The notes beneath the pieces are model-generated. The model was not told where the DNA came from. It ran no database searches and saw only the letters and a program-made list of their open reading frames with translations. From NCBI GenBank assembly GCA_020632075.1, contig JACKGH010000002.1:75454-139453 (forward strand): a stretch of 64,000 nt of DNA, read 5' to 3'. Both the position numbers and the translations under genes were made by a program. Shown here piece after piece: positions 38,930 through 47,996 of this stretch. Positions within the stretch are counted from its first letter, which is position 1. Every line of letters begins with the position of its first letter. Origin of the DNA: Candidatus Nomurabacteria bacterium. Lineage in GTDB: Bacteria; Patescibacteriota; Minisyncoccia; Phycocordibacterales; UBA918.

Positions 38930-39020
38930 GGAGAGTTGGCTGAGTGGATGAAAATGTCTGGGAGACATTTTCATCCGACTAAAAGGAGGTGGACGAACTT
39001 GTTCGACCTGAAGCCAACTC
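38930..39020 (+). repeat. element carrying an 18-nt copy of the tRNA-Ser 5' end, a perfect 14-bp hairpin and a 9-bp closing inverted repeat
   Basis: GGAGAGTTGGCTGAGTGG is identical to the first 18 nt of the adjacent tRNA-Ser. The hairpin is GGATGAAAATGTCT GGG AGACATTTTCATCC. The end AGCCAACTC is the reverse complement of nt 4-12. Confidence 0.5.
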
Positions 39021-39030
39021 GAAGTGAAAC

Positions 39031-39117
39031 GGAGAGTTGGCTGAGTGGTCGAAAGCGCCTCACTGCTAACGAGGTAAGGGCTAAACCCCTTCATGGGTTC
39101 GAATCCCATACTCTCCG
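39031..39117 (+). tRNA. tRNA-Ser(GCT), type II
   Basis: GGAGAGTTGGCTGAGTGGTCGAAAGCGCCTCACTGCTAACGAGG. Long variable arm TAAGGGCTAAACCCCTTCA, T-arm TGGGTTCGAATCCCA, acceptor ACTCTCC plus G. Confidence 0.8.
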
Positions 39118-39300
39118 CTCGTTGAAAATACCACCGTCAGGTGGCTATTTTCTTGAGCGGAGAGTAAGTAAAGTGCCCTGCGGCACTTTACGTTGGGATT
39201 CGAAAGCCGCAGCGATGTGAGGAGCTTGCGACGAACAATGCGAGACGGGGTCGCGGAAAATTTCTGCAAGAAATTTATCTGTGACCGAATCCTGAAAAAT
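39118..39300 (+). repeat. conserved tRNA-downstream structured element, copy B
   Basis: About 85 % identical to 8890..9010 over the block cgatgtgagga..gacgaacaatgcgagacggggtcgcggaaaatttc-TGCAA-gaaatttatctgtgaccgaatcc. The tail mimics the tRNA-Ser T-arm (cgaatcc). Confidence 0.5.
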
Positions 39301-39385
39301 GCTATAATACTTGTATTAAGCGGCTTTTCCGCATCCAAGAGCTAGCACGAGACACCTGTCTCGTGCTAATTCGTGAGTAAGATGA

Positions 39386-40024
39386 GTGTATACTGATGTT
39401 ATGCTACGAAGTTTCTTAGACTGGCTCTTATATTTTATTCTAAAAAGCCGTAGACAGGCACAGAGAAGAGAAGTGTCTTCGAACAGTCTTTTCGTCTTTG
39501 AGAATGTGCAAGTTCTTTATGATAAGGGCTTTGTTGGGGCTATGAAATTCACACTTGCTTTCTTGTTTAGAATCATTCTTGTTTTTGGTCCTCTGGTCTT
39601 TTTCCTACTCTACCTTGATCATGGAAGTAATCTGTTTTCACAAAATTTAGCTAACGACCAAATCTATACATGGGGTTTTGTTTTTGTAATGCTAACACTA
39701 ATAGTATTTAGTGGTTATTTTGCACACGGACACCACAGTGACATGAGTGGTTTGGGTACAACGTATGATTTGAAGGAGTTAATTAAATCTAAATTCAGCT
39801 TGTTCGTCAGCAAAGATGGATTATATGGCGTAACAAAAGTGCGGTGGAAATCTATACGGTTTGTAGAAGGATCTGCAAGTCAAGAGGCAAGAATTTATTT
39901 AAAAAAACGACTTCTTTTGCCATTACCATCATATAGTTACAGGATAAAATTCTCATCCCAAGAGGATTTGAATAGGTTCATAGATTTAGCGCTCGAGACG
40001 CTTCGGGAGCGAAGTGTAAAATGA
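39386..40024 (+). CDS. hypothetical membrane protein in an AT-rich islet (about 35 % GC): two TM helices plus a C-terminal beta-rich domain
   Basis: Follows tRNA-Ser plus element. The start may be at the internal MKFTLAFLF. The architecture resembles the RHS-downstream immunity candidate. Confidence 0.45.
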   Translation: MYTDVMLRSFLDWLLYFILKSRRQAQRREVSSNSLFVFENVQVLYDKGFVGAMKFTLAFLFRIILVFGPLVFFLLYLDHGSNLFSQNLANDQIYTWGFVFVMLTLIVFSGYFAHGHHSDMSGLGTTYDLKELIKSKFSLFVSKDGLYGVTKVRWKSIRFVEGSASQEARIYLKKRLLLPLPSYSYRIKFSSQEDLNRFIDLALETLRERSVK

Positions 40025-40091
40025 ACTGATTCCGTCAAGCTCTGCTTGACCGACTACGGTTCTAACTCGAGACTACCCGCAAACAAAAAGC

Positions 40092-40120
40092 TTCTCTTTT
40101 CGAGAAGCTTTGTTCTATTT
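40092..40120 (-). terminator. terminator after the small ORF
   Basis: aaagcttctc tttt cgagaagcttt. Confidence 0.45.
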
Positions 40121-40131
40121 CTTTTTGCCGA

Positions 40132-40257
40132 TCAGTCGGCGACTTGCTCCACAGTAGGAGTTTTTGTGACGTCGCCGGAAACCATGACCTGCACGGTCGT
40201 AAAAGCCATGAAAAGAAAGACCGGAATCAAAAGGTACAAAAGTGCTTTACCTAACAT
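40132..40257 (-). CDS. unlisted 41-aa small membrane protein
   Basis: GGAGG SD 9 nt upstream of ATG 40257..40255. Translates MLGKALLYLLIPVFLFMAFTTVQVMVSGDVTKTPTVEQVAD. Below the 60-aa cut-off of the ORF track. Confidence 0.45.
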   Translation of the reverse strand: MLGKALLYLLIPVFLFMAFTTVQVMVSGDVTKTPTVEQVAD

Positions 40258-40277
40258 ACTTTATTCCTCCAGGTGCG

Positions 40278-40790
40278 TTAGAGCAGCGTAGTCTTGGTGA
40301 AAACGGCAATCCAGATCAACGCCAGGATCAGTTGGTAGACATGGAGGTCGGTAAACCCCCAGAACCCGACATTTCGGTCCAACTTCCTGAAGTAATTCGA
40401 CGGCGAAGCGCCAAGCATCTCTTCCTGAGCTGTTTCGATCCACACCCCTTCGTCCAAGGTATGCTGTCGATCTTTCACCAGCAACAGCACAACGATCAGC
40501 GTCACGATGATCGTGAGAATCGCGAGTGTCGGAACGAGCGCAAGAAGCACCGGGTCGCTCTTCCACGAATCGAGCGTAAAGTATGCCGTAAGCACACCCA
40601 CATGAGTGGTAAATACCGCAGTAGCAAATGATCGCCAACGACCAAGATGAAGCGCACGTTCGGTAACCATTGCTTTGTGTGCAGTAGCTCGCGCATCAAC
40701 CAATGCTTTATCGAGCAAAGAGAATTCACCTCGAGTGTCTGCCAGAGAATCTGGCACAGGCATAGCTGTCTGACTCGGTTTCATAGTCAT
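40278..40790 (-). CDS. hypothetical membrane protein (170 aa, three TM helices)
   Basis: Long ORF with hydrophobic helices, no known motif. Confidence 0.45.
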   Translation of the reverse strand: MTMKPSQTAMPVPDSLADTRGEFSLLDKALVDARATAHKAMVTERALHLGRWRSFATAVFTTHVGVLTAYFTLDSWKSDPVLLALVPTLAILTIIVTLIVVLLLVKDRQHTLDEGVWIETAQEEMLGASPSNYFRKLDRNVGFWGFTDLHVYQLILALIWIAVFTKTTLL

Positions 40791-40930
40791 ATTCCTCCGT
40801 ATAGTTTCCTATGTTCACCCAGCGGCTATAGGAACATATTTTTACATGCTAAGCAAGGCTACGCAAAACATATTGACAGTAAGCACTTTAACCTCTACTG
40901 TGCATTCCGAACCAGCACAGGAGGAAGTTC

Positions 40931-41452
40931 ATGACCATTTCAAGACAGATCGTCAACTCTTTTGACCAAGGAACTATCGAGTACGTGATCGCACATATGA
41001 TCTGGCGCAGGCAGCGTGGCAAGAATACACCGACCGCAACGCTGCCTGCACTCGGCCTTACCAATGCCCGTACTGCGCTCAGGTACGCGGTCAGAAAGTA
41101 TCGTGAAAAAGAAGCAATTATTGTCGACAAGCACACGATCAGCGGCAATCCGGACATCACACCGGAACGGCAAACTGAAGAAGACTACGCACCTGGCGAC
41201 GCCATCTTTATCTTCGAAGGTACGTTTGCAGGCTACGTCGGTCTCATCACCAACGTAGATCACGATCAAAAGCGCGCGACTGGGCCGATCGTGTTTCGAC
41301 CAGGTCATAGTGTCGGTATCGCAACTGGACCTGAAGAACACGGTTCGTTCGATGAACCGTTCAGCAACATCACACATGACCAGGTCGACGTAGTCCTCGG
41401 TCCACTCAACACTATGGAGCTCGTCCTGCTGTCACCAGCCTTGATGAACTAA
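40931..41452 (+). CDS. hypothetical protein (173 aa)
   Basis: AGGAGG SD 6 nt upstream. Strong terminator at 41458. Confidence 0.5.
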   Translation: MTISRQIVNSFDQGTIEYVIAHMIWRRQRGKNTPTATLPALGLTNARTALRYAVRKYREKEAIIVDKHTISGNPDITPERQTEEDYAPGDAIFIFEGTFAGYVGLITNVDHDQKRATGPIVFRPGHSVGIATGPEEHGSFDEPFSNITHDQVDVVLGPLNTMELVLLSPALMN

Positions 41453-41457
41453 CAAGC

Positions 41458-41486
41458 AAACCACCCGCACGCGGGTGGTTTTTTAT
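41458..41486. terminator. bidirectional terminator (this gene and valS)
   Basis: aaaccacccgc acg cgggtggtt plus ttttatt. Confidence 0.65.
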
Positions 41487-41498
41487 TATTGCTCTGCT

Positions 41499-43673
41499 TT
41501 ATGCCCCTGGCCACTTTGACACCATCAGTACTTCCCCGTTCTTCTCTGGCAGCGTCTGCCAGATCTCTTCGGTCACAAACGGCATAAATGGGTGCAGCAG
41601 CTTGAGTGATGTATCGAGGACATGTCGTATTGTGTGCTGACGCGACAGCTTTGCGTCTGCATCTTCACCCTGGAGGATCGGCTTTGATTCTTCGAGGATA
41701 ATGTCGGCCACCTCATGCCACACGTAGTGATAGATCTTCTCGGCCGCGAGGTAGAGACGGTAGTTTTCGAAGTCGTCAGTTACTTCAGCCACCAGCTCCT
41801 GCAGTCGAGTTTCGATCTGCTGGTCAGCTTCCGTCTTGGTCACTTCGCCAGCTAAGTCGACACCGTCGGTGTTGTCGAGAATAAAGCGAGTGATATTCCA
41901 GATCTTGTTCGCAAAGTGCTTGTAGCCCTTGATCTTGCTTTCATCGAACTTCACGTCGTTGCCGATCGCGGTACCAACGAGCAAGCCCATGCGCAGCGCA
42001 TCAGCACCGTACTTTTCGATGATCTCAAGTGGATCAACGCCATTACCGAGCGACTTACTAAACTTTCGTCCTTGCTTATCGCGCACGAGACCGTGGATCA
42101 TCACGCGCTTAAATGGCACCTGTCCGAGGTGGAAGCCAGCCATGAGGATCATACGCGACACCCAAAGCTGCAAGATCTCATAGGCTGGTGACATAAAGGC
42201 AGTCGGATGGAAGGTTTCGAGGTCTTTCGATTTCTCTGGCCAACCAAGCGTCGAGAAGGTCCACAGTGCTGAAGAAAACCACGTGTCGAGCACGTCTTCT
42301 TCCTGTTCCCAGCCGTCGCCTTCTGGTGGAGTGACATCACAGTAGATCTCCTCGCCCTTGTACCAAACCGGGATCCGGTGTCCAAACCAGATCTGACGCG
42401 AGATACACCAGTCACGAAGATTTTCGATCCAGTGGAAGTAGGTCTTGCTGAAACGCTCCTGCGGCATATCGACTGCCCCACTCGCCACGCTCTGCTTCAT
42501 AAGCTCCTTGAGTGATACTTCGCTACCACTTTCAATACCTGGAATTTCTGAGTGCTCAATTGTAAATGGCTTGTTCACATCAATCCACCACTGCAGTTTC
42601 GGCAATGGCTCAATGATCGCACCGGTACGTTCTGAGGTTGAGACATTCTGTGGTACGTCTTCTTCTGAAATAAGCAGATCTTCTTCACGCAGCCACTCCA
42701 CGACCATTTCACGCGCTTCGAGCACTTTCTTGCCTTCAAGTCGTCCCTCGACCATCATTTTGGCGTATTCATTGATCACCTGTGGACGCGGTAAGTCGTT
42801 GCGATCGGCAATCTCCCAGTCGATCTGACTATGCGCTGGAGTCACACCGAGCGCACCAGTTCCGAATTCCATTTCAACTGATTCGTCGGCAACGATCTTA
42901 ATATGGAGCGGCACATCACAAAAGACCACGTCGTATTCCTTACCGATGAATTCCTTGTATCGCGCGTCGTCGGGGTGGACTGCTACTGCAGTGTCGCCGA
43001 CCTTGGTCTCCATTCGAGTAGTAGAAACTGGGATTGGGAAATCTTTCGCGTACTTAAAGGTCACCAGCTTCGCGGTACGTTCTTCGTAGACGATCTCATC
43101 GTCTGAAATAGTCGTCTGGCCTTTTGGGTCCCAGTTTACGATGCGGTTGCCGCGGTAGATCAGCCCAGCGTCGTACATGCGCTTGAAGGCAGTCTGCACC
43201 GCGAGGTAGCGCTGCTCGTCGAGGGTGTAGGCGTAGCGGCTCCAGTCAAGCGAAGCACCAACGCGGCGGACCTGATTAAGGATCGTATCTTCACTGTTCT
43301 TCGCGTACTCCGCCACGCGACGCACGAGTTCTTCACGACCAAGATCATGGCGACTCTTCTTTTCTTCCTTTTGAATATTCTTCTCTACGCGCGCCTGGGT
43401 CGCGATCGCAGCAGAGTCGGTACCCGGCACCCAGAGCGCGCGCTTCCCGCGCATGCGCTGGTAGCGGACCACGGCGTCTTGGAGTGAATCCTCGTATGCA
43501 TGACCAAGGTGCAAGACACCGGTCACGTTTGGTGGCGGCAAAACCACGGTAAATGATTCTGCTCGGTCACCTGGAAGATTGTCAGGATTAAAATACCCTG
43601 ATTCTTCCCACATTTTATAGACAGCTTCTTCGGTCTCTTGCGGATTATATGGTTTTAAAAATTTGTCATGCAT
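41499..43673 (-). CDS. valS: valine--tRNA ligase, short form lacking the C-terminal coiled-coil
   Basis: KPYNPQETEEAVYKMWEESGYF. HIGH region PPPNVTGVLHLGHA. KMSKS as GRKFSKSLGN. LLHPFMPFVTEEIWQ. Ends at ..VSKWPGA. Start taken at MHDKF (ATG 43673..43671). Confidence 0.8.
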   Translation of the reverse strand: MHDKFLKPYNPQETEEAVYKMWEESGYFNPDNLPGDRAESFTVVLPPPNVTGVLHLGHAYEDSLQDAVVRYQRMRGKRALWVPGTDSAAIATQARVEKNIQKEEKKSRHDLGREELVRRVAEYAKNSEDTILNQVRRVGASLDWSRYAYTLDEQRYLAVQTAFKRMYDAGLIYRGNRIVNWDPKGQTTISDDEIVYEERTAKLVTFKYAKDFPIPVSTTRMETKVGDTAVAVHPDDARYKEFIGKEYDVVFCDVPLHIKIVADESVEMEFGTGALGVTPAHSQIDWEIADRNDLPRPQVINEYAKMMVEGRLEGKKVLEAREMVVEWLREEDLLISEEDVPQNVSTSERTGAIIEPLPKLQWWIDVNKPFTIEHSEIPGIESGSEVSLKELMKQSVASGAVDMPQERFSKTYFHWIENLRDWCISRQIWFGHRIPVWYKGEEIYCDVTPPEGDGWEQEEDVLDTWFSSALWTFSTLGWPEKSKDLETFHPTAFMSPAYEILQLWVSRMILMAGFHLGQVPFKRVMIHGLVRDKQGRKFSKSLGNGVDPLEIIEKYGADALRMGLLVGTAIGNDVKFDESKIKGYKHFANKIWNITRFILDNTDGVDLAGEVTKTEADQQIETRLQELVAEVTDDFENYRLYLAAEKIYHYVWHEVADIILEESKPILQGEDADAKLSRQHTIRHVLDTSLKLLHPFMPFVTEEIWQTLPEKNGEVLMVSKWPGA

Positions 43674-43770
43674 ACAAGGGCTATCATAACTAATATTGTC
43701 GTTTAAACAAGTAATTACAAGGCGATTACGCTTGTAACTCAACCGGAAATTGCTATACTCACCGTCATAG

Positions 43771-44577
43771 ATGTTTGAATCACTCATTGCTGCTGCTGGC
43801 GTCGCCTCCGTCTCACTCGTCGGTGTCTTTTTCTTTGGTAATACAAAGCGACTCATTGGCGCACAGAAGTTTGTTGTTCCAGTTGCAGTTGGTGTCTTCT
43901 TGAGCTTGATCTTGACCGAACTGATCCCAGAGACACTCTCACTTTCACCGGAATGGGGTGGTATTGCCATCGCAGGTGGCTTTATCCTCTTTTACATACT
44001 AGCGAATGCACTGCACCAAAAGTATCACCACCTCGAAAGCGAAGACTGTGATCGTAAGGGTGCTGCGATGCTCTTACTCATCGGTGACGGGATTCACAAT
44101 GTCGCAGACGGTGTCGTCCTTGGTGGTGCGTTTATGGTCGATCCGACCGTAGGTATCGCAACCGCTGTCGGACTAGCGATCCACGAGATCCCGCAGGAGA
44201 TCGTTGAGTTTGGAGTATTGATCCGCGCCGGCTACACCCGCACGAGAGCTGCTCTTCTTAATCTCCTCTCTGCCAGCAGCATTATTGTTGGCGTTGTACT
44301 CATTTTTATCATTGCAGAGCACGCGGAGGATTTTGTATGGCTCATTACTGGAATCGCGGCCGGGAACCTCCTCTTCCTTGCGGCCAGTGATCTCTTACCT
44401 CGCATTCACGGCAACCTCTCACACTACCGGAGTATCTGGCACTCTACTCTTTCGATCATCCTTGGTTTTATCCTCATGACAGTCGTCTTGACCTGGACGC
44501 ACGAACACTTTGGTCATGGTGCTGATGCGCACGACGAGTACGATTCGCACTTACTACATGAGGTGATGGTGGAATGA
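43771..44577 (+). CDS. ZIP-family metal (zinc) transporter
   Basis: LIGDGIHNVADG...LAIHEIPQEI His/Glu metal-binding helices. Confidence 0.75.
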   Translation: MFESLIAAAGVASVSLVGVFFFGNTKRLIGAQKFVVPVAVGVFLSLILTELIPETLSLSPEWGGIAIAGGFILFYILANALHQKYHHLESEDCDRKGAAMLLLIGDGIHNVADGVVLGGAFMVDPTVGIATAVGLAIHEIPQEIVEFGVLIRAGYTRTRAALLNLLSASSIIVGVVLIFIIAEHAEDFVWLITGIAAGNLLFLAASDLLPRIHGNLSHYRSIWHSTLSIILGFILMTVVLTWTHEHFGHGADAHDEYDSHLLHEVMVE

Positions 44578-44637
44578 GGTTGAACCACGGGCGGCGGGCT
44601 TCGCCCGCCTCCCTTTTCATTTTGCTATACTACCCAC

Positions 44638-45072
44638 ATGCAGATCGTCCACCAACAAGACAATGTCTACACCCTCTCCTTCAGTCGCGGCGAGGAAGTT
44701 ATGAGCGTCATTGCAGACCACTGCAAAAAACATAACATCACCGCCGCACATCTCACCGGTCTGGGTGCAGCTGATCAACTCGATATCGCCTACTACAACC
44801 TCGCCACCAAAGAATACGAACGACACACAATCGACGAAGAAGTCGAGGTGCTCAGTCTCATCGGCAACATCGGCGCTAAAGACGACGGGCAGATCATTAT
44901 GCATATCCACGGCACCTTTGGACGCAAAGACCTCTCGGTCTTCGGCGGCCACCTTTTTTCAATGCAGATCTCGGGCGCTGGAGAGATCCACTTCACGGTG
45001 TTTGATGGCACGATCAACCGCTCCTTCGATGAGGCAACCGGTCTCAATCTCATGTGCCACGTGCCTGAGTAA
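44638..45072 (+). CDS. PPC/DUF296 domain protein
   Basis: ...IIMHIHGTFGRKD...FGGHL pattern of the DUF296 family. Confidence 0.55.
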   Translation: MQIVHQQDNVYTLSFSRGEEVMSVIADHCKKHNITAAHLTGLGAADQLDIAYYNLATKEYERHTIDEEVEVLSLIGNIGAKDDGQIIMHIHGTFGRKDLSVFGGHLFSMQISGAGEIHFTVFDGTINRSFDEATGLNLMCHVPE

Positions 45073-45162
45073 TTTTGGGGACAACCACTTGCTGCAAGTG
45101 TCCGAGCGTGATACAAAGGATTTATAGTATTAACGCTATAAAACAGAATAGATTTAAACACT

Positions 45163-45984
45163 ATGGAACCAATCCTACTCGCGTTCCTGGTCACCCTCGG
45201 AGCCGGTCTTGCAACCGGAATCGGGAGTTTCCTCGCGTTCGCAGCAAAAGACACAAACAAAAAATTCTTATCCTTCATGCTCGGCCTTTCGGCCGGTGTG
45301 ATGATCTATGTCTCACTGGTTGAGATATTTCAAAAGGCAGTTACCTCGCTTGGTGAAGCCTTTGGTGATCATGCCACTGGCTACCTCTGGGCTACCATCG
45401 GCTTCTTTGGTGGCGTGGCCGTGATCTGGATCATCGATCACTTCATGCACGGCAGTGCTGAAGGCAGTCCGCACGAAGCGCATGAAGCACACGAAATGGA
45501 CCACCCAGACAAAGAGGAGCATGAAAAACGCGCTCTCCTCAAAATGGGAACCTTCACTGCGCTCGCTATCGCGATCCACAACTTTCCCGAAGGACTTGCG
45601 ACTTTCTTGGCAACCATGAACGAACCAGCGCTTGGTATCTCACTCGCGATCGCGATCGCGATCCACAACGTACCTGAAGGTGTGGCAGTATCCATCCCGA
45701 TCTACCATGCTACCGGTAGCCGCGTGAAGGCATTCTGGTATTCATTTGCCTCAGGCCTGGCCGAACCGGTCGGTGCCCTACTCGGCTACTTCCTCCTGAT
45801 CCAGTTCATCAGTGATCAGGTATTCGGAGTGATCTTCGCTGGCGTGGCGGGTATCATGGTGTTCATTGCACTTGATGAACTCCTCCCCGCTGCACAGAAG
45901 TATGGCTACCATCATCATTCGATCATCGGTGCCATCATCGGCATGGGAATCATGGCGGTCAGCTTGGTACTCTTCCTCTTTTAG
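45163..45984 (+). CDS. zupT: ZIP-family zinc transporter ZupT-like
   Basis: His-rich loop HEAHEAHEMDHPDKEEHE. AIAIHNFPEGLA and AIAIHNVPEGVAV motifs. Confidence 0.8.
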   Translation: MEPILLAFLVTLGAGLATGIGSFLAFAAKDTNKKFLSFMLGLSAGVMIYVSLVEIFQKAVTSLGEAFGDHATGYLWATIGFFGGVAVIWIIDHFMHGSAEGSPHEAHEAHEMDHPDKEEHEKRALLKMGTFTALAIAIHNFPEGLATFLATMNEPALGISLAIAIAIHNVPEGVAVSIPIYHATGSRVKAFWYSFASGLAEPVGALLGYFLLIQFISDQVFGVIFAGVAGIMVFIALDELLPAAQKYGYHHHSIIGAIIGMGIMAVSLVLFLF

Positions 45985-46043
45985 TTGAAGTCACGATTAA
46001 AAAATGGGCGTGCTGTCGTAAGGCAGCACGCCCGTTGCGTTAC

Positions 46044-47432
46044 TCATTCATCTTCAAGATCGAGGAACTCCAAGAGCAGCGAAGCATACACCCCACCAAA
46101 GCCGAAGCTATTGAGGAGCACCCAGATTGAGTCTTGCACGATCGTAGTCCGAACATGATTGACCACATCGCACTCCGGATCGAGGGACCCATCGGCTTCA
46201 AGACCACGTGTCGGTGGAATGAGTCCAGCCTGCACGAAGCTGATAACTGCCACAAGCTCTGCGATGGCTGCCGCTCCGAGCAGGTGCCCGATGTACGACT
46301 TCATCGACATAACTTTGATCTCAGCAGCTATCACAGAGACCGCATCAGCTATAAGCGCATACTCCGGATCAGATTCGACCTCTTCCCAGGTCAATCCTTC
46401 TTTCAGATACATACCGAGTTCCGGGAAGCGTGCGATATCTTTGAACATTTCCTGCAACGCCAGTCTGACGACGGCATTTGTTTCAGCGATATCACCCGCT
46501 CCAGTGCCAGTACCATGAACCTTGATCCAGTCGACATCTTCGAGCGGCACACGAGCTTTTGCCAATGCCAAGCCCATGACCATTGCCGCAGCTTCAGCAT
46601 TCGGACTTGTAATAGAGCCGCCAGTCGTACCGCCACCACAGTCACCATAGCCAGCGATCTTTACAATCGGCTTGAGACCGAGCTTGCGCGCCTTGGCGTA
46701 CGTCATCATAACGATCGCCGCAGCACCTTCACCCATCACGAATCCGTCCCGATCAGTATGGAACGGCAAGCCCTTCCCAAGCACACCTTGCACCTGGAAG
46801 GAACCGATGCCAAAGTCAGAAATCCCGGCTTCGGCGCCAACCACGAGACCAGCTTCTGCATCGCCAGCCCGGATGATTCGAATCATGTCGATAATCGCAA
46901 TCGCCGACGCGGCACAAGCATCACCCTTCACACCAACCGGGCCGGTGAAGCCGTACTTCTCGATGAGATACCCTTGCAGAATGTTCGGCAAGTAGCCGAG
47001 ATTGTAATGAATCTTGCGCAGCGGTTTCCCAGCTGCCAAAACCGCCTCGGCTTCAGCGACGGTATTGAGACCTGCTCCACCTGTAGCGGTTGTGCACGCA
47101 AACCGCGACACGTCGATACCTTCAAGCGGAGCCATGGCTTCTTTCGCCGCGATCAGCCCGAAGAGCTGATGCCGGTCATACCGTTTCGCCTCTTTTCTCG
47201 TGAGTCCAGCCAGTTCGGCCAGCTCACCATCAGTGAGGGGCACCGGCGCTACCAAGGCAGTACTGAGCGATGTGTCTCGTGTCGAGAAGTCGATCGGCAT
47301 GTATTTGTCGGCCTTACCGACAGTTATAAACTCCGGACCGCCTACCTTGAGCATTTCGATACGCTCGTCGACAGTCGTACCAGCGCCATCGATCGCACCC
47401 ATACTCACGATCACGATATCTGTGTCTTTCAT
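46044..47432 (-). CDS. beta-ketoacyl-ACP synthase (KAS I/II-like, thiolase fold)
   Basis: Active-site Cys GVKGDACAASAIAI, His motifs KVHGTGTGAGD and KSYIGHLLGAAA, C-terminal NSFGFGG. Start at MKDTDIVIV (ATG 47432) with a GGGGGAG SD. Confidence 0.8.
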   Translation of the reverse strand: MKDTDIVIVSMGAIDGAGTTVDERIEMLKVGGPEFITVGKADKYMPIDFSTRDTSLSTALVAPVPLTDGELAELAGLTRKEAKRYDRHQLFGLIAAKEAMAPLEGIDVSRFACTTATGGAGLNTVAEAEAVLAAGKPLRKIHYNLGYLPNILQGYLIEKYGFTGPVGVKGDACAASAIAIIDMIRIIRAGDAEAGLVVGAEAGISDFGIGSFQVQGVLGKGLPFHTDRDGFVMGEGAAAIVMMTYAKARKLGLKPIVKIAGYGDCGGGTTGGSITSPNAEAAAMVMGLALAKARVPLEDVDWIKVHGTGTGAGDIAETNAVVRLALQEMFKDIARFPELGMYLKEGLTWEEVESDPEYALIADAVSVIAAEIKVMSMKSYIGHLLGAAAIAELVAVISFVQAGLIPPTRGLEADGSLDPECDVVNHVRTTIVQDSIWVLLNSFGFGGVYASLLLEFLDLEDE

Positions 47433-47583
47433 CTTCTCCCCCTCTGCAATTTGCAGAAATTTGTAAACAACAAAACCTGTAGTTTGTACAGATAAAACCT
47501 GCTGGCACTGTAACACACTCCATAAAAAATGGAATCCCGCTCCCGCTTTTTTGCCATACAAGAGGAGGGGGGATAATCCATCA

Positions 47584-47611
47584 TTGACAGATTTTTTATA
47601 TACTGTATATT
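47584..47611 (+). promoter_or_regulatory. strong sigma70-type promoter
   Basis: TTGACA-N16-TATATT. Confidence 0.55.
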
Positions 47612-47692
47612 CGTGCGGTGTTTCACCCAGAAACACCACCCACTTCCCCGGTTTCGGGCGGGTGTAGTTCCACCACACAAGAGGAAATCCCC

Positions 47693-47980
47693 TTGAACCA
47701 GACCAATCCGTTCAGCCTGCAGATCAACAACGGCGCGACCATCACGATCAATAACATCGGTGACATCACCGACCAGGTGACCGACGGGTACCGCAAGATC
47801 TCCGGCAGCATCACCGACGACAACGGCACGCGCGAGATCCACTCGCCCGAGTTCAAGATCACGAAACCTGGCAACCTCAAGTTCCGCGACTTCGCCAACA
47901 TGAGCCCGGACGATCGCATGATGTCCCTGGCCATCATGCACGTGATCACCGTCGGCGACCTGAACGCCATCGCGGCGTAA
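47693..47980 (+). CDS. GC-rich hypothetical protein (about 95 aa from a TTG start; 120 aa if a leaderless GTG at 47618 is used)
   Basis: AGAGGA SD before TTG 47693. About 60 % GC with GC3-rich codons. The leader is about 75 nt and contains the hairpin ggtgtttcacccagaaacacc. Confidence 0.45.
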   Translation: MNQTNPFSLQINNGATITINNIGDITDQVTDGYRKISGSITDDNGTREIHSPEFKITKPGNLKFRDFANMSPDDRMMSLAIMHVITVGDLNAIAA

Positions 47981-47996
47981 ACGGCTACGGCCTGCG

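Noticed and set aside
38930-39020. Whether the tRNA-Ser 5'-fragment element is a tRNA-Sec or another type-II tRNA
   Set aside because: It has no anticodon arm or T-arm. The 14-bp hairpin has a 3-nt loop, and the closing helix pairs nt 4-12 rather than 1-7. It is not a cloverleaf.
38936-39220. ORF 38936..39220 (94 aa, TTG start)
   Set aside because: It reads straight through tRNA-Ser and the conserved downstream element, so it is spurious.
46134-47495. Plus-strand 453-aa ORF
   Set aside because: It is antisense to the ketosynthase, whose Cys-His-His motifs are unambiguous on the minus strand. The plus translation is Arg/His/Cys-rich with no motif.
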